Origin: Zygnema circumcarinatum SAG 698-1b
Lineage: Eukaryota > Plantae > Zygnematophyceae
DNA length: 64,000 nucleotides
Reading direction: 5' to 3'
Assembly: GCA_037447605.1 (NCBI GenBank)
Contig: CM074819.1
Span: 1,324,297 to 1,388,296, forward strand
A model generated the notes under the pieces. The model was not told the origin of the DNA. It worked only from the letters and a program-made list of their open reading frames with translations, and did not search any database. Both the position numbers and the translations under genes were made by a program. Positions 47,613-60,493 of this stretch are shown here, in pieces. Numbering within the stretch: the stretch's first letter is position 1; every line of letters begins with the position of its first letter.

Positions 47613-50600
47613 CAGTTCAGTATGTATGGAGAGCGCGAAGGGGGGGGGGGGGAGTGACAGGTGATGGCCGGCTCACCGGCGATTAAGGCGAGCCCACCAG
47701 TCAGACTTCTCCACACCTCGCTTTAACAGTGGCCACTTGGGCAGAGCTTCTATACAAGCTGCACAATCAGGAAGCGAAGAGATCAAAGAGTGTTGTCACA
47801 TTCTGCACAGTGCTCTTCAGCTGCTGAATGGACTGAACCTGCTGCAAGTTCAACCTGTTTTTTCTCATCATGACAAGCAACTTAAAGTGTGAACTACACC
47901 TTTCTGGTCGGCCTTCTGTCAATGCATGCAAATTGTGCAATGAAAACTCATCACTTTGCAAGAAAGGGACTGTAGAATGAAGTACAGAAAGCCTTACATG
48001 CGATGGTGATGTCCCACAGATCCTTCACATTGACCTCCGGAGCGAACTCCCCATTTGCCTGCATACACGCATGAAATCATGAGCAGAGAAACTTGGCATG
48101 GCACTCCAAGAGCATATGTCAAGCAAGACCTAAGTCTTAGTCTTCGTCTTAGTCAAGCGTATTGCAGATAGGACTGCACGGACAGCCTGAAAGAAAGTAA
48201 CAACAATCGAAAGGAACGGTCGTTTGTGCTCCCATGGGCCGTACCTTATAAAACCCTTCTGGTCAACAGTCAAGAATAAGACTTTGCTTCAAACAAGTTA
48301 CAAGTTCAGTGACAACTCAAATCACTCCTGTTCATTTCTCATTTCTCAAAGCCGCTCACCTTGTGTCCAAATTCAAGAAACTTCACGATCACCTCCATTG
48401 CTTTTGGAAGCCGCTTGTATGCTGCCAAATCGAGCTTTGCTTTCACTGCCTCTTCGGTTGTGATCTCCAAAATTGAAGCCACTAAACATGCCGCTAAGGC
48501 AAGGTGGTTTATAGCCTGCCATCCCTTCACTCCTGTATCATCCTCCCCCAGATATACTAGCATTAGGATTGAGCTCAATCCTGCACTGCTAAATGGGGTA
48601 ACAGAACAACATCATTTCCAAAAGCGAAGTGTGCTAACCACCCACATTCAAACATATTAATTTCTACCTTTAGGTGGAGTCAGGAAACAACAGTTCGAGC
48701 CCCTTGAGATCAGTTTCAGTGCTCAGTGTGATGATTTGTTCCCCCAAATACTGGCCTTTCTCATACTGATGGATTCATACAATGGTCAGCATGGGCAGTC
48801 CTAACTGTTCACTAAGATGCAGCTATTGCTTTCCTGCTAATCACAAACCAATCTGCCTCACATCTCCAAGCCATTTGCGTGGTTTTCTTGCCCCCTACAT
48901 AAGGCCTCCATTCTTCATCGGCAGTTCCACTACCCCTGCCGGCAGTTTCTCTACGAATCTTCTACGGGGTTGTGCTCACCTTTAGCACTGGTCCATGAAA
49001 CTGCAGCAGCAAACAGAGGAGTGAAGTCCTGAGCTTCGAGAGCATGTCGAGAGTACTGCTCCCTCTGTCTTTCCCACAAACAATTCACTGAGAAAAATCA
49101 ATGCCAGTCAGAGGGAATAGAGAGAGGGACAGAGAGAGAGAGTAGAGGGAGAGGGGGGGAGTAGAGAGAGGAAAAAAAAGTAGAGTAGATTGTACAATTA
49201 ACAATTCCCAAGGAAACCAATCACATATTGAACGGCAATCCAGTGAAGAGACAGACCCAGCCAGCCAGAAATTCCCTAAAAACCCTAAAAACCCTACAAC
49301 CCCCAAAAACCCTAGAAACCCCTAAAAGCTAATCTACTATTGCCAGGAGTTGCCCATTAGAGAGATTTTACGCAGCCGAAATAAGAAACGCACCGTGCCT
49401 AACACATTAAGAAGCACGTCACAAGCCCCCACAAGTGTAGTGTGACCTTCCTCCCCAGCCTTGAGGGAGCCCATCACATTTGTCCTTGCTTGCTCCTGCA
49501 TAAACTTGACAATCTGCATATCCGCCAAATAACAGAGGAATTCTCTACACGGGTGAGACAGCACTGGATGACTCCCTTAAACACATTCAACTGATAACTA
49601 TACGTAACAAGCCTGAATATTGGCTCTCCTATTTGCATTCGATGTTTACGACAGTGAGTGTGACTTTCAAGTTCTACAAGTTCAAGATGACAAGCCGCTC
49701 CTTGAATCAAAGGGTAAACTTAATGTTTAACAACAGCACCCACTCAGCCTTAGCAGTTACAATTCAAATGAACGGCATTTGGGTGTTATGTATGTAACAG
49801 AATGTATGTAACAGAATGTATGTAACGGAATGTATGTAACAGAATGTATGTAACGGAATGTATGTAACGGAAAGTATGTAACGAAATGTATGTAATAGAA
49901 TGTTTGTAACGGAATGTATGTAACGGAATGTATGTATCGTAATGTATGTAATGGAATGTCTGTAACGGGATGTATGTAACAGAATGTATGTATCACTGAA
50001 GCAGCCTCACTCTTCCATGATGCATGTCTAATAGCTACAAGCTTGGAAAAATATTTCTAAATACCGAACATGATACTAACCGTGATAAGTCCGGCAGTGT
50101 AGATAGAAAATATCCCTTTGAGAATGTTCAATAGCTATCCATTTTCTGAACAGCAAGCATAGTTTCTGCCCTTCCAATTGCTTCCTGCATTTCTGAAATC
50201 TCCAGCGCATCCCTTACCTGTTTATGCCCCCCTCGCTTTACAAGCGCTTTACAACCGGCCGACTCGCTAGTGATTTGCAACAATGCTGGAAGCAAAACTT
50301 TCACCGCCTGCACAGGCCTGTTTCAAGGCCCTTCCCCTCCCACCCTAAAACATCACACTTCCATTGATAACCCATGCTCATGCACTATTCTATTCTGTCT
50401 TCACTTCTATTTATGAAGATATGCTATTCTGTTCCCAGATGACCTTCCTGAACAAGAGCAGAAACATCCGTATGCCAATGTACAGCCTTGCCTACCGGCG
50501 AACAGCAGTTCACATATCAAGTAGCCTAAAGTTTGAGCTTGCAAAACTTACATCTCCTCATCTGATGCCTTTACAGACAACATGAATCCCAAAAGCCGTA

Positions 50601-53600
50601 ACACTCTTTTCCGATGTGCTTCAGGCGCCTCTGCTAGAAACCTGCGATGACAAAAAATCATGTTGATCGACTATCTCCGTCTTCCGCTCCATGCTTTGAA
50701 ATGCTTGGCAAGTTCTTTGTGAATGATTGAACTGAAGATGATCATCGCGAGTAGGCTTAACATCAAGCAGACAAATGTGCGAACCGAACAAGAACATGAC
50801 AGCCCAAGAACGAAAAGGGAGGCTCACCTTCCAACTACTCGAACACAGGCTAGGACTCCATTATCAAGAGTCTTTTCATGTACCTGCAGAATAAAGTCAT
50901 ACCTCTTTGTATGAATGGCTTTCTCAACTAACACCTACTGTGTTTATTTCATGAGATCATGTCGTACACCCTGCATCGCTATCCAGTTCTAAGCATAACT
51001 AGGTTCACACTCTATCCCTTCCTAGGCTGAGATTCAACAGACGTGCTTAACAAACAGAAGAAAAACTAGATTGCAGAGGATTTGAATGGAAGATATAGCG
51101 AACGGAGTAGAAGAACCTTTTTACAGACTCCCACCATTGATAAGCTATAAAATATAAAGCCTTATAAGCAGCTACATGCTGCTGCGTATAAGCCCGAAGC
51201 AGCAGCATCATGAACTTTACTGCTTTGTAAACGGCAAACTTGAAACCTGTTTGATCAACTTTACCCTGCGAAGTTGACTCATCGCCATCATCTTACCCTC
51301 ATACGGTTCTTACCTTGGCTTGTTCAAGAAACTCCAATACAACCCGAATCGCTTCATCTACAGATACAATGGCTTGCTCAAGGGATTCAAGATCCAAGTC
51401 TGCCAGAGATTCTGTCATTGAGAGCAACCATACACCAGCACAGTGCAATCAACAGGGGGTTTTCTGCAGTTGTCGTTTTCAAATCAGGATGAACAACAAG
51501 CCTTTCAGCTATCGTATAAAAAGACCCGTGATACCATAAGCATAAGGAAGAGGGTGAATGCAACCCAAAATTCGAAACGCAGCGGTGTGATACGACAGTA
51601 ATGAATCGTAGAACTCACCTCTCGATTTTGTGTAGCCATTTCCGGCCTCTTCCAAACTCTTTGCTCCTCCCTCTGCACTCGCCGAAGCTGCTTCCGCCAG
51701 GACTGCAATAACCTTCTCTAGGATTGCAAAGCAATCAGCTACCATTCTCTGCGCCTTCTGAACTTCCGGAGACACTTGAGGAAGGTCCCAATCCCCCCCT
51801 CCTCCCCAACAGTCTGTGCCTCCCTCTCCGCTTGTGTCCATAACTGGATAATCCATGGCTGCAAGGTTCATGCTTAGCCCCCTAGTGAGCCCACCCCCAC
51901 CACCCAAACCTCCTCCCAAACCTCCACTACCCAAACCTCCTCCCAAGCCTCCACTACCCAAACCTCCTCCCAAACCTCCACCCAGACCACCAAGCCTCTT
52001 ACCTCCTTCCCCACTCCCATTTTCCCCGCCTTTGTTCCTTTGCCCTTCTAACGCTATGAAAGAGCTTTCGGCTACTCCAGCCTCGCTCGAATCTTCCTCT
52101 TCTTTTTTCTCTTCATCTTCAAAAATTACACGGGCCAATTCTTCCAGCAGGATGGGTACTTCCGCGTGCAAAGCCTCAACCACAGCAAGAAATAACCTGA
52201 TAGACACAGTTCGGCAAATCTTTGTCAAGTTAAGGTTGACTTGGTCGTTGCTTCCGGAACAATCGTAGATAACTTAGCATAGTTCTTGTTCGAAAGACTA
52301 ATTGGCCCGCCATGAAGCAGATAGAACCCATTTGATGGAAAATCTAAAATGTGAGGCATCGGCGACATTGCTGTCATAAACGAAGTTAGAATTAAGGTTA
52401 TAGAAGTAACGATCTGCAACGAACCGAGGTCCTTTCCAACCCATGCAGTCCATAACACCCAACACTGCTTGAGACGTTACAAGAACGTGGAAATTGAAGT
52501 CGAACCAGCTCTGCCTTCTTCACTGTACAGTTTTAGCCAGGACATAAAGCTAAACTCTATTGAAACCTAAAGCGCATCCATGAAAGGAGTTCCACTGAGT
52601 AGCGTTCGGAGTGCCTGAAATTTCGTCCTTATAGCCAAACAAGGTCGATACAGCCACTATCTCTGTAAGTCAGTTCCATTGGGCCATACCTGTTAGCCGG
52701 TAGAGGACTTTGATCTGGAAGGTTCATCACAGGCCCTGTCAACCAGTTTTCCTCTATCTCTGTTGCCACTTTCGCCAACTGCAGTGCTGACTGTCTTTGC
52801 TCACTAGCTGCACAGCACACAACATGCAGTTGCTTAACGAAGCACAACAAACTTATTATAACATCATTTATCATCCAAAATACTGTGGTATTCACATTAC
52901 GGCATCCACGTAAAGACCACCTCCTACAAACTGGGCTCACACGTTGGCGCAATCTTAGCTTTTTAATGTTTTTTTACAGCTGTTCTGAACATTGACTGTT
53001 GCATGGTCGTTGAATGTCGTTTTCATTAACTGTTCCTGAAACGGCAAAGCAAGACTGGCACACACCAATTGGACCAGAAAGCAGGTAGCAGAGCCCCGTT
53101 CGAACATCTGCTGCCCATGCATTGTCGGGCTGAAATTCTTGCAGCTTGTTTCGAACAGGTTCCTGCAAGAAGCATGTACGAAAAATCATTTACCGGCACA
53201 TCCAAATAGCATAAGATGCAAAATCATGGAATTTATTCACGTTTTCCTTTCGTACTACATCACTCTTCCTTCATCATAAAAAGCTCGTAAAAATCTTCAA
53301 GCTTTCAGCTTATCACAAACTAGCTGTGCTGAAATGATTTCAAGAAACAAGTTTAAAGCCGGAGGTTGAGTTGCCAACCGACAACTGTCACGATAAAGTA
53401 TCCTACATCAATGCAACTATATAACCATCCGGCATTTTTAAATCAGATTGCACTTGTCAATCCAAATTAGGAGGCCAGACTGCAGAACATAGTTGTGCAA
53501 TCAACACAGAAGATGACAAAACATACTGCTGCATCTTCTGGTGACAGGAGGTTGACAAGGAGAGTGAGAGCATCGAACTTTAGACCGTCTGTCCCCCGCA

Positions 53601-55330
53601 CCAATTCACGCGCCAATGCCGGTATCTGCCAAGGAAATGGCAATTTGAACATTTGAAATTTTGAGTCACACAAAGCCCAACCTCACTACAAGGGGCAGAT
53701 AGGAATCGCCAATACCCCTCACAGTCTATCTGCTCTATCGTGCAGCGTTTGGGGACAAACCTCCTAGTCACTTAGAAAGGGAAGAACGCTGTGAAGTAGA
53801 ACGAGCAAAATCAAGTGGTCGTTGGAAGCACGCTACATCTAAGCGCTAGCTAAGGCAGTGTACGAATGAATTCTGCGCGACCTGCACAAAATGCGATAGG
53901 AAGCATAACTAGTCTCCGTACCATCGCAAATCCTTCTTAATCTGCAAAATGCCTTTTGTCATTTCTAACCTTGTACAGATTGAGATGCATGCCTATATAG
54001 CATTGGAAAGAAGGGATTAATAGGGTTAATGATGAGGCAATAGATATGCGGGGTTACTAACGGGAGGTCACTTAGGTAAATTATAGTTATTCTACTATGG
54101 ATAGGAAGAGAAATTGGAGAGCCTACCGCACTGGCGAACGCTACTCTATGCTCGTACATGTCTGTGTCTTCCACCCCTTTGCTGAACATAAAAAGCAGAA
54201 ACTTCAGAGCCAACGGCAACCAAGGAGACTCTGCGTTCACAAAACAGATGCTAACTGTTAAGCGCCATAGCCAAGGTATAGCTATCACTCACATACTCTA
54301 ATGAAGACTCCGACTTAAAAGCAAGGGCCTCTTTCCCATACACGAGCAGACAACTGCTGCAATCTAGCTGCAATGTAGCAGGTGGATTACTGGCATGCCA
54401 GAGGGAATTCATTAATCTCATGGGGGTGCGAGAAAAGAAGAAACAAAAGCAGGAAGCCGAAATATGCAAGCTACTCATACAAAGCGCTGAGAATGACTTT
54501 CACGAAAAAATCAAATGAAAGGAAATGCAGCATACCGGGTGGTGATTGTTGGATGTCGGCGGCCACGACTCCCAACGGCTCTTCTTCCTTGACAGCTCTC
54601 AGTCCATGGTCAGACGAGGAGGCCAATTCAAGGAGGCTTTCATAAGCCTCCACCACTGCACCCCCTTCATCTCTGCCAGCCATGCAGCATCAACACATAC
54701 AGGTAGCTGAATGAATCAATAGTTCAAATTTAAAGGAAAAAGCGAGCTCAGACTGAAGGTGAATCAAACGTTCTGACAGTTGTTCAGGTTCTACAGTTCC
54801 CTGCTTTGCACGCAGAGCAACAAACCATTTACCTGTTCTTTATGACAGAGAGAAAGAACGGAATTCTTTCTTCCATGTCGGTTGAAGCTGTCAATTCCGG
54901 CATACAGCAAATGCTGGTGTTCCAGCTCGACAATCTCCTTCGTTTCTCCACCAGTTCTCTAACCACAGCACTTAAAGGAGATTTTCGCCTTTTCTCCTGT
55001 GTATGCTCCAAGGCCTAGGCTTCATGGAGCTTCACCGACATCCAAGAGCATCCTCCTGCCAGATCCTGAACGAACAAACTGAGAACGAATTCCTCATACA
55101 ATATAAAAATCTACACCTCTTCTTGGATGCATCATCAGCCTCCCCTACCTCAACATGAACCTACTTGCAAACATCCCATTGACCTACTTCTGAACCGGTA
55201 AGCAATACCACCCCATTCAGCGGCGCTGCAACATCGTCCTCAGCAATGCAGAACAGATCATTAGGGAGGTTCAGGAGCCCTGCAGGCCATGGCGTGCGCA
55301 GCTCTGCAGGGCCATATGCGGCCCGCCATG
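47365..55330 (-). CDS. Neurochondrin-family (ARM-like) protein, multi-exon; 5' end uncertain
   Basis: Exons read CMPELTASTDMEERIP, AYESLLELASS, IPALARELV..LKFDALTLL, WAADVRTGL, DCFAILEKVI, EAIRVVLEFL, LACVRVVG, LLPALLQIT and ACDVLLN. Stop TAA at 47365-47367. Confidence 0.8.
49787..49993. repeat. 14-bp minisatellite (GAATGTATGTAACG) in an intron
   Basis: About 14 tandem units. Confidence 0.93.
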
Positions 55331-56184
55331 GCTCCCCCGCCCCCTCCTCTATGACCTAATTTTCTCCCAACCTTCATTCCGCACCTGCCTGCAAGCACGC
55401 CGAGGGCCCTTCTTCACCGCCAACAAAGGGAGACCTCCTCCAATAACGATCCGCCACATGACAAATATTGCACACATGGCAGGGCGCCATTGGAGGAATT
55501 TTTGGTGTTTGGCGCGCAGTTGAGAAAGGGGCCCTGGATACGGTACGGAGGTGGGACTGTACGAGAACGATGCATGCCTTATTGTACGGTTCTGTGCAGT
55601 ATTGTACGACGGTGTACGGTAGTGTACGAACAGTAGTTATGGGGTAAGGACAAATGATCCAATTCGTTGACCACTGTAAGAAATAACTGAGGAAAAGTAA
55701 TTGCACATTCATCTCCACATCCTTATGATTTTCATTGGCGATCTGAAAGAGTACAAACTCCAAGTATACGATTCTCATAACACGATACTGATTCTTTACA
55801 GCATGTCAGATAATAGAAAAAAATATCGGCCCTACCGTCGTGTTCTCCGCCGATGTTTTCTGTAAAATCAAATACCATAACGAGTACTCCAGACAAATAG
55901 TGATTCTTCGGAACAAATGTACTCCATTACTGTCCGTACTTCAACGAAAAAATTCCGTTCGTTCAATCCGTACCATACCGTACGGTACATTGCCGTACGA
56001 CCGGCGGGCTTCAAACCTTTCAAGATCCAGATCCGATTTTTTCGAGTGGTCGGTTTTTTGCAAAAAACTTTCGCACAAGTTTTTTGCGANNNNNNNNNNC
56101 CCCCCCCCCCCCCCCCCCCTCTTCCCTTCTTCTCCGCTCCTCCCCCCCTAACCTAGAAACCCGTCCTAAAAATCTACATCTGAC

Positions 56185-56230
56185 CTGTGAAAAAAGATGT
56201 GTATATAGACGAAAAAGGTGTGAAAATTAC
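56185..56230. mobile_element. Degenerate terminal remnant of the foldback family
   Basis: gtgaaaaaagatgtgtatatagacgaaaaagg resembles gtgaaaaaaggtctgtatctagacaaaaaag at 39289. Confidence 0.4.
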
Positions 56231-56477
56231 ATTTTTTTCAAAACAAGGAAATCGTCAGCCATATGACGAGTATCTTACGTCTTTGAATGGCGTCACCCCC
56301 AGTTTGCAGTTTGCGGTTTGCTGCTGTTACCTGGTTTCTTATTTTCGATTTTTGGTTTGCGGTTTGGGATGTGCGCATAGCGATTTGTACGGTACGGGCA
56401 CACCTTTGGACCCAGAAAGGGAGGGAGAGGGGAGGCAGGATTAGGGTTCGACAGCTGCTGCTGCTAGAGGGGGCGCC

Positions 56478-59056
56478 ATGGCCATGGCCATGGCCTTCAC
56501 CATGGCGGCCTGCTCGCCTCCGCTGGCCTCCGCCTCATGCGGAGCTTCTGAAGACCTCCGGGCGCCCTTGCGTTGCAGAAGGAGGCAGGTCGCGGCGCAG
56601 CTGCGCATGTCGTTGCATTCCGGAGACTCGAATCTGTATGTATGTGCATTGCCGGCTTGTTGCACAGTTGCAAAACGAAAATTTAGCCTGTGCAGATGAT
56701 CCATGATGAGAAAGAAAATGCTGTTTTTCTGACACAAGAAAGAGAGAACATTATCTTGAAGCTGAGGCTGGACTCTGTACAAACGTACAAAGCTGTTACG
56801 AATTTATTCCTTCAAGAGTGGTTCTGGGATCATTGCGTAGATAGAATTTTTTTTGTTTAATGCTCTCGCTCAACTGTCCTGGTCTTGGCAGGACTGCTTG
56901 AAGCAACGGTAAGTTATTCCAAACGGAAAGACCTGTCTCGGCGAAAGTGCAGGAACTAACCCAAATTTTGTATCAGCCATAGTTTGGCCTTATGTTTGGA
57001 AGCTGATGAAAATGCAGGAGAGCCTCGGCGGACATGCGGCGGGTGCGGGCGCTTCCATCAGCGAGGGAGCTGAGCGGAGAGGAGCTGATGCAAGAAGACT
57101 GGGAGGAGCGGGAGGGAAGGGAAGAGGCTGCCGGTTGGAGCCAAGGTTCAGAGCTGGACTCTTCATTATAAACATGCAGTGTTTTCCTTTCCTTTCTTCC
57201 CTTCTGCTTCATTTGTGTGTCGTCAGTATTCAATTGTTTTGCTGTATGCATTGTCTTACCTGCATGCTTTCTGTCGACTCCATTGTCCACGGTATTTTTG
57301 CTCCTTTGTCCGGTTGACTGCTCTGATATCCTTCTAGTTTCCTGAAAACAGAATCTCAAAGGTCTGGTGGCAAAGCTAAGGAGGAGGCAGCTCCATTTGG
57401 GGGCTTGGAGAGACTTCTTTCATGGCTGGAATTCGCATGCCTCGGCATCTCTTTGGCTGGCATGGCCAACTCACTACTTAACTCATGGCGCTTATCTTTC
57501 TTCTCCAATGTGAGCTTAGCTGAAATACGAACAGGTCCTACCTTGCTGTATACATTCAAGTTTCAGTTGGTATTCTGGGAACAATCGATTTACTATGGGA
57601 CTTCTGTCGGGATGAATAATAATAATCCACATTGTTTATGCGCTCAAGATTATAGTTCAGGTCTTGTAGAGCTCAAGGGTTAATGAGTCCAGCTTCGGCT
57701 TGAAAGTGAACAATACCGGAGGATTACACAAGTTAACTTCTCTTTACTTCGCTTCTCGCGTAGAAATGTGGCATATCTCAACCTGATGTTGTGGTCGATT
57801 GTGATATACTAGTAGAAACTGACTTATCACCTGACCATCGCCAATGGTCTCCAGGTGGCAGGTAAAAGCATGTCCAACTGGCCCTTCATCCCATTTGTTG
57901 CTGCCCTCCTCATCAACGCCTTTCTGAGGGTTCGACGAGAGCAGCAAGAGGCGAGGAGGAGGCAGGTGTCCCCAGCCAATGAGAGAATGGAATGGACCAA
58001 TGGGGGAGTGCCACTTGGCGAAAGAATTGGGAAGCTGGAGGAGGATGTGGGGACGACAGCGCAGATGCTGCGTCTCCTTTCAAGACAGTTGGAGAAGTTG
58101 GGGGTGCGCTTTCGTGTGACTCGACGAACGTTGCGGGATCCAATGAAGGAGGTGAGGAGAACTCTTTCTTTTTGTTGACTTCGGTGCAGACAAAAGGTTT
58201 CATGCCGGAAGGTTTCATGTAGGAAGGGATCAGCAGATGGTTATTGAGGTCCCGTCGGTATACCCTTTGGGCTTATTGTCATTTCAGAAGTGGGAAGGGT
58301 CCGTGATTGGTAATGTTCTGGCCTAAGTCTTTGCCGTTTGCATTCGATTTTCATTTACTTCCATTGTAATTGTAAGGTAAGATATCCAGAGCGGTTAATC
58401 GCCAAACCACTTACATTTTAGAAGGCGTTGAGGCGGTGCAAGCAAGAAGCCAAGGGGGGAAGCACTAGCATTATGCTATTGAACCATTGGCAACGTTAGT
58501 TTTAGTAAAAATAAGAGTGATTGATCCGTCCAGTCTCTATTTCACTTGAATAGGAATGTCATTACTCAGCAAAGGTGCAGGAAGGCTCATGTAGGGTTGT
58601 TTTGGAATCACAGACATCTGAGCTTGCAGAACAAACGGCAATTTCGGTGGAATTGTTGGCTGCTCGTGCGCAACGAGCGGAGATTGAGTTAAGGGAGATG
58701 CAACTGCTTCTTTTGGCTATGCAGGTGAGATTTATTTCTGCTGATCCTTTCTATACGCCGAAGTGTGAGTCTGTCACGGCAGAGTTAGACAGTAGTAATC
58801 CACACAATTGGAGAGAAGCATTGTACTCTGAAGCTATTTGAATTGCCATTCGTCGTGTACGGATGACGACATGTACTGCTAGCATAGTTTTTTAAAGCTA
58901 TGGCTTCTTTAAGCTATGGAACATCCTTCCAACTTTAAGAGTTCTTTCTTTGCAGGATCAAGCTGCTCGCCAGCTGCAAATGTTTGGCACTGCGATCCGC
59001 CAATCTCAACAAAACCAAAGTGATCTGCAGCGACAGGTGTCGTCTCTGGAGAAAGC
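56478..59056 (+). CDS. Conserved green-lineage membrane/coiled-coil protein (At5g65250-like), probable plastid transit peptide; 3' end in gap
   Basis: KLEEDV...LSRQLEKLGVRFRVTRRTLRDP..ETSELA...ELREMQLLLLAMQDQ matches the remembered family motif; S/A-rich N-terminus. Confidence 0.7.
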
Positions 59057-60493
59057 NNNNNNNNNNNNNNNNNNNNNNNNNNNNNNNNNNNNNNNNNNNN
59101 NNNNNNNNNNNNNNNNNNNNNNNNNNNNNNNNNNNNNNNNNNNNNNNNNNNNNNNNATGTTGTGGTTGTATGGAATGATTCGACGATAACTGTGTCCAAC
59201 ATGGAAACTGAAAGTGAATTATAGGGTTTGGTGGAGGGCACAAAATTGTAGGGTTAGGGTCACTTTAGGGTTTTGACGTTTCCTTGACGATAGGATGGTT
59301 CAAATTTGCAAATAACTGTCCACTGCTGTTCGGTAATTTTCCAGAAACAAAGCCTTCTTGAAGGAATGCTTCCTTTGAAAAGGTTTCGTTTATTCGTTTA
59401 GAAAGGAATTGAGGGAGGTTCTATGATGAAACTCGATAAAACAAATAGAGCCCACTTCCCGATTTTCTACCAAATTCCTTAGATTGGTTTGGATACAGCA
59501 CAGCTGACCTTCGTGAGGCTATCCACCGAAAATGACTCGAGAAAACTAGGTTTATCCCCATAAACCTATTCTTGCTTGCCTTCTGCCCAAAACCCATACT
59601 GTAATCTGAATTTACAACATGCGGAAGTTCATCGTGAGGACCCTTCACAATCCAAAAAGCACACTCGGAACTACGGAAACAACTGGTCCTCCCTCCCTCC
59701 CTCCCTCCTCCCCCCTCCCCCTTCCCTCCCTCCCTCTCTGCCTCTCTTTCTCCCTCCCTCCCTTCCCCCCTCCCTCCCTAGAGCCAAAACCCCATTCCAC
59801 CAAGTGGCTAAACAACAGATTGTCTAACAAAAAAGACAAAATTTGGCCCTGCTGATACCAAAATCGGCCTCCCGAAGACAGAGATAGAACCACGATTGCA
59901 TTAAGAAGTAAATAAATACCGGAGCTCCAATTTCATAGAGTAATAAAATATATCACGCAGGGTCCATGAGAGGGTCCGGACAGCTGCGGGTCCAGAACTG
60001 GAAGCATTCTGTGATAAGCATAAGTTCTGCTCTGCTCTCTCCCCCCCACTTTCAATCTCTCTCTTTCTCTCTCTCCCACTTCTCCTGCCACTCAGACCTT
60101 GAGGGAACCATCACCCTGCCTTGGGAACAGTAGTGAAGGTGACTGTTGACCGAATGTGGTCGACCAAAGTAAGTTAGTAGCGATTCCGCATGCTTGGTTG
60201 GAGAGAAGGAGATCACATAGCCGTTGCTGTACGCCACTCTTGAGCAGAGTTGGAGTTGAACATCGCTTATAAACCGGTTCATGTTTCTTTACAAATTGAT
60301 AATGATTAGCCTCACCTAACGAATTCTAATACAGACTCTCCCTCTCTCGCTCTCTCTCTCTCTCTCGCACTCTCTCTCTCTCAGCGAGGACGTGCTGAAC
60401 AAGGGAAAGAGGGGGTGGAAGAATACAAAAAGTGTAGCACTCACTACCTGTGATCATTTCTGGGGTGGTGTAGGGTGGTATTGAACTCCCTTT

